A stretch of DNA of 17,271 bases from Snowella sp. (GTDB lineage Bacteria; Cyanobacteriota; Cyanobacteriia; Cyanobacteriales; Microcystaceae), in NCBI GenBank assembly GCA_035285545.1, contig JAYKGY010000008.1:1-17271 (forward strand), given 5' to 3'. Below the pieces are notes generated by a model. That model did no database searches, was not told where the DNA came from, and was given only the letters and a program-made list of their open reading frames with translations. The position numbers and the translations under genes were made by a program. This document shows, one piece after another, positions 17,146 through 17,271 of this stretch; the stretch's first letter is position 1; each line of letters begins with the position of its first letter.

Positions 17146-17271
17146 TAGGACTTACGCATTGTTAAAAAGAACAAAATATGCAGTCATCAGGTTAAAAGAG
17201 AAGGAGTATAGCGTTCAAGAATAAATTGACGAATCACGGTAATAAATAACTGCCGCGAAATCGCATAGAGA
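17146..17271 (-). mobile_element. Probable IS end (continues beyond the right edge)
   Basis: TAGGACTTACGCA (17146-17158) resembles a terminal repeat common in cyanobacterial IS4/IS701-type elements (from recall). A minus-strand frame (LYAISRQLFITVIRQFILERYTPSLLT*) ends at 17187, just inside it. Confidence 0.55.

Overview
Cyanobacterial chromosomal window, probably from a unicellular Synechocystis/Microcystis-like lineage (form IB rbcL-rbcX-rbcS, about 21 HIP1 GCGATCGC sites). It holds mostly housekeeping genes (metF, trpS, a Ca2+/H+ antiporter, rbcLXS, tsaB, nagA, an EamA transporter, cimA), plus a stand-alone EAL phosphodiesterase and a PatA-type regulator. Three IS traces are absent from the ORF track: an IS630 right end at the left edge, an ISKra4 remnant near 10.0-10.2 kb and a probable IS end at the right edge. 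The most notable observations are: (i) a candidate ~245-nt sRNA upstream of trpS with two similar hairpins presenting CUCCU and a UUCG terminator; (ii) an RbcL lacking the normally conserved Cys192 and Cys247, with nearby M250A and A276I; (iii) a DnaJ-type zinc-finger microprotein overlapping cax near rbcL; (iv) a HIP1 site coinciding with the altered acidic pocket of the PatA receiver; (v) heptamer repeat arrays starting at stop codons. No new multi-gene system can be demonstrated from sequence alone. Family assignments come from recalled motifs, not database searches.
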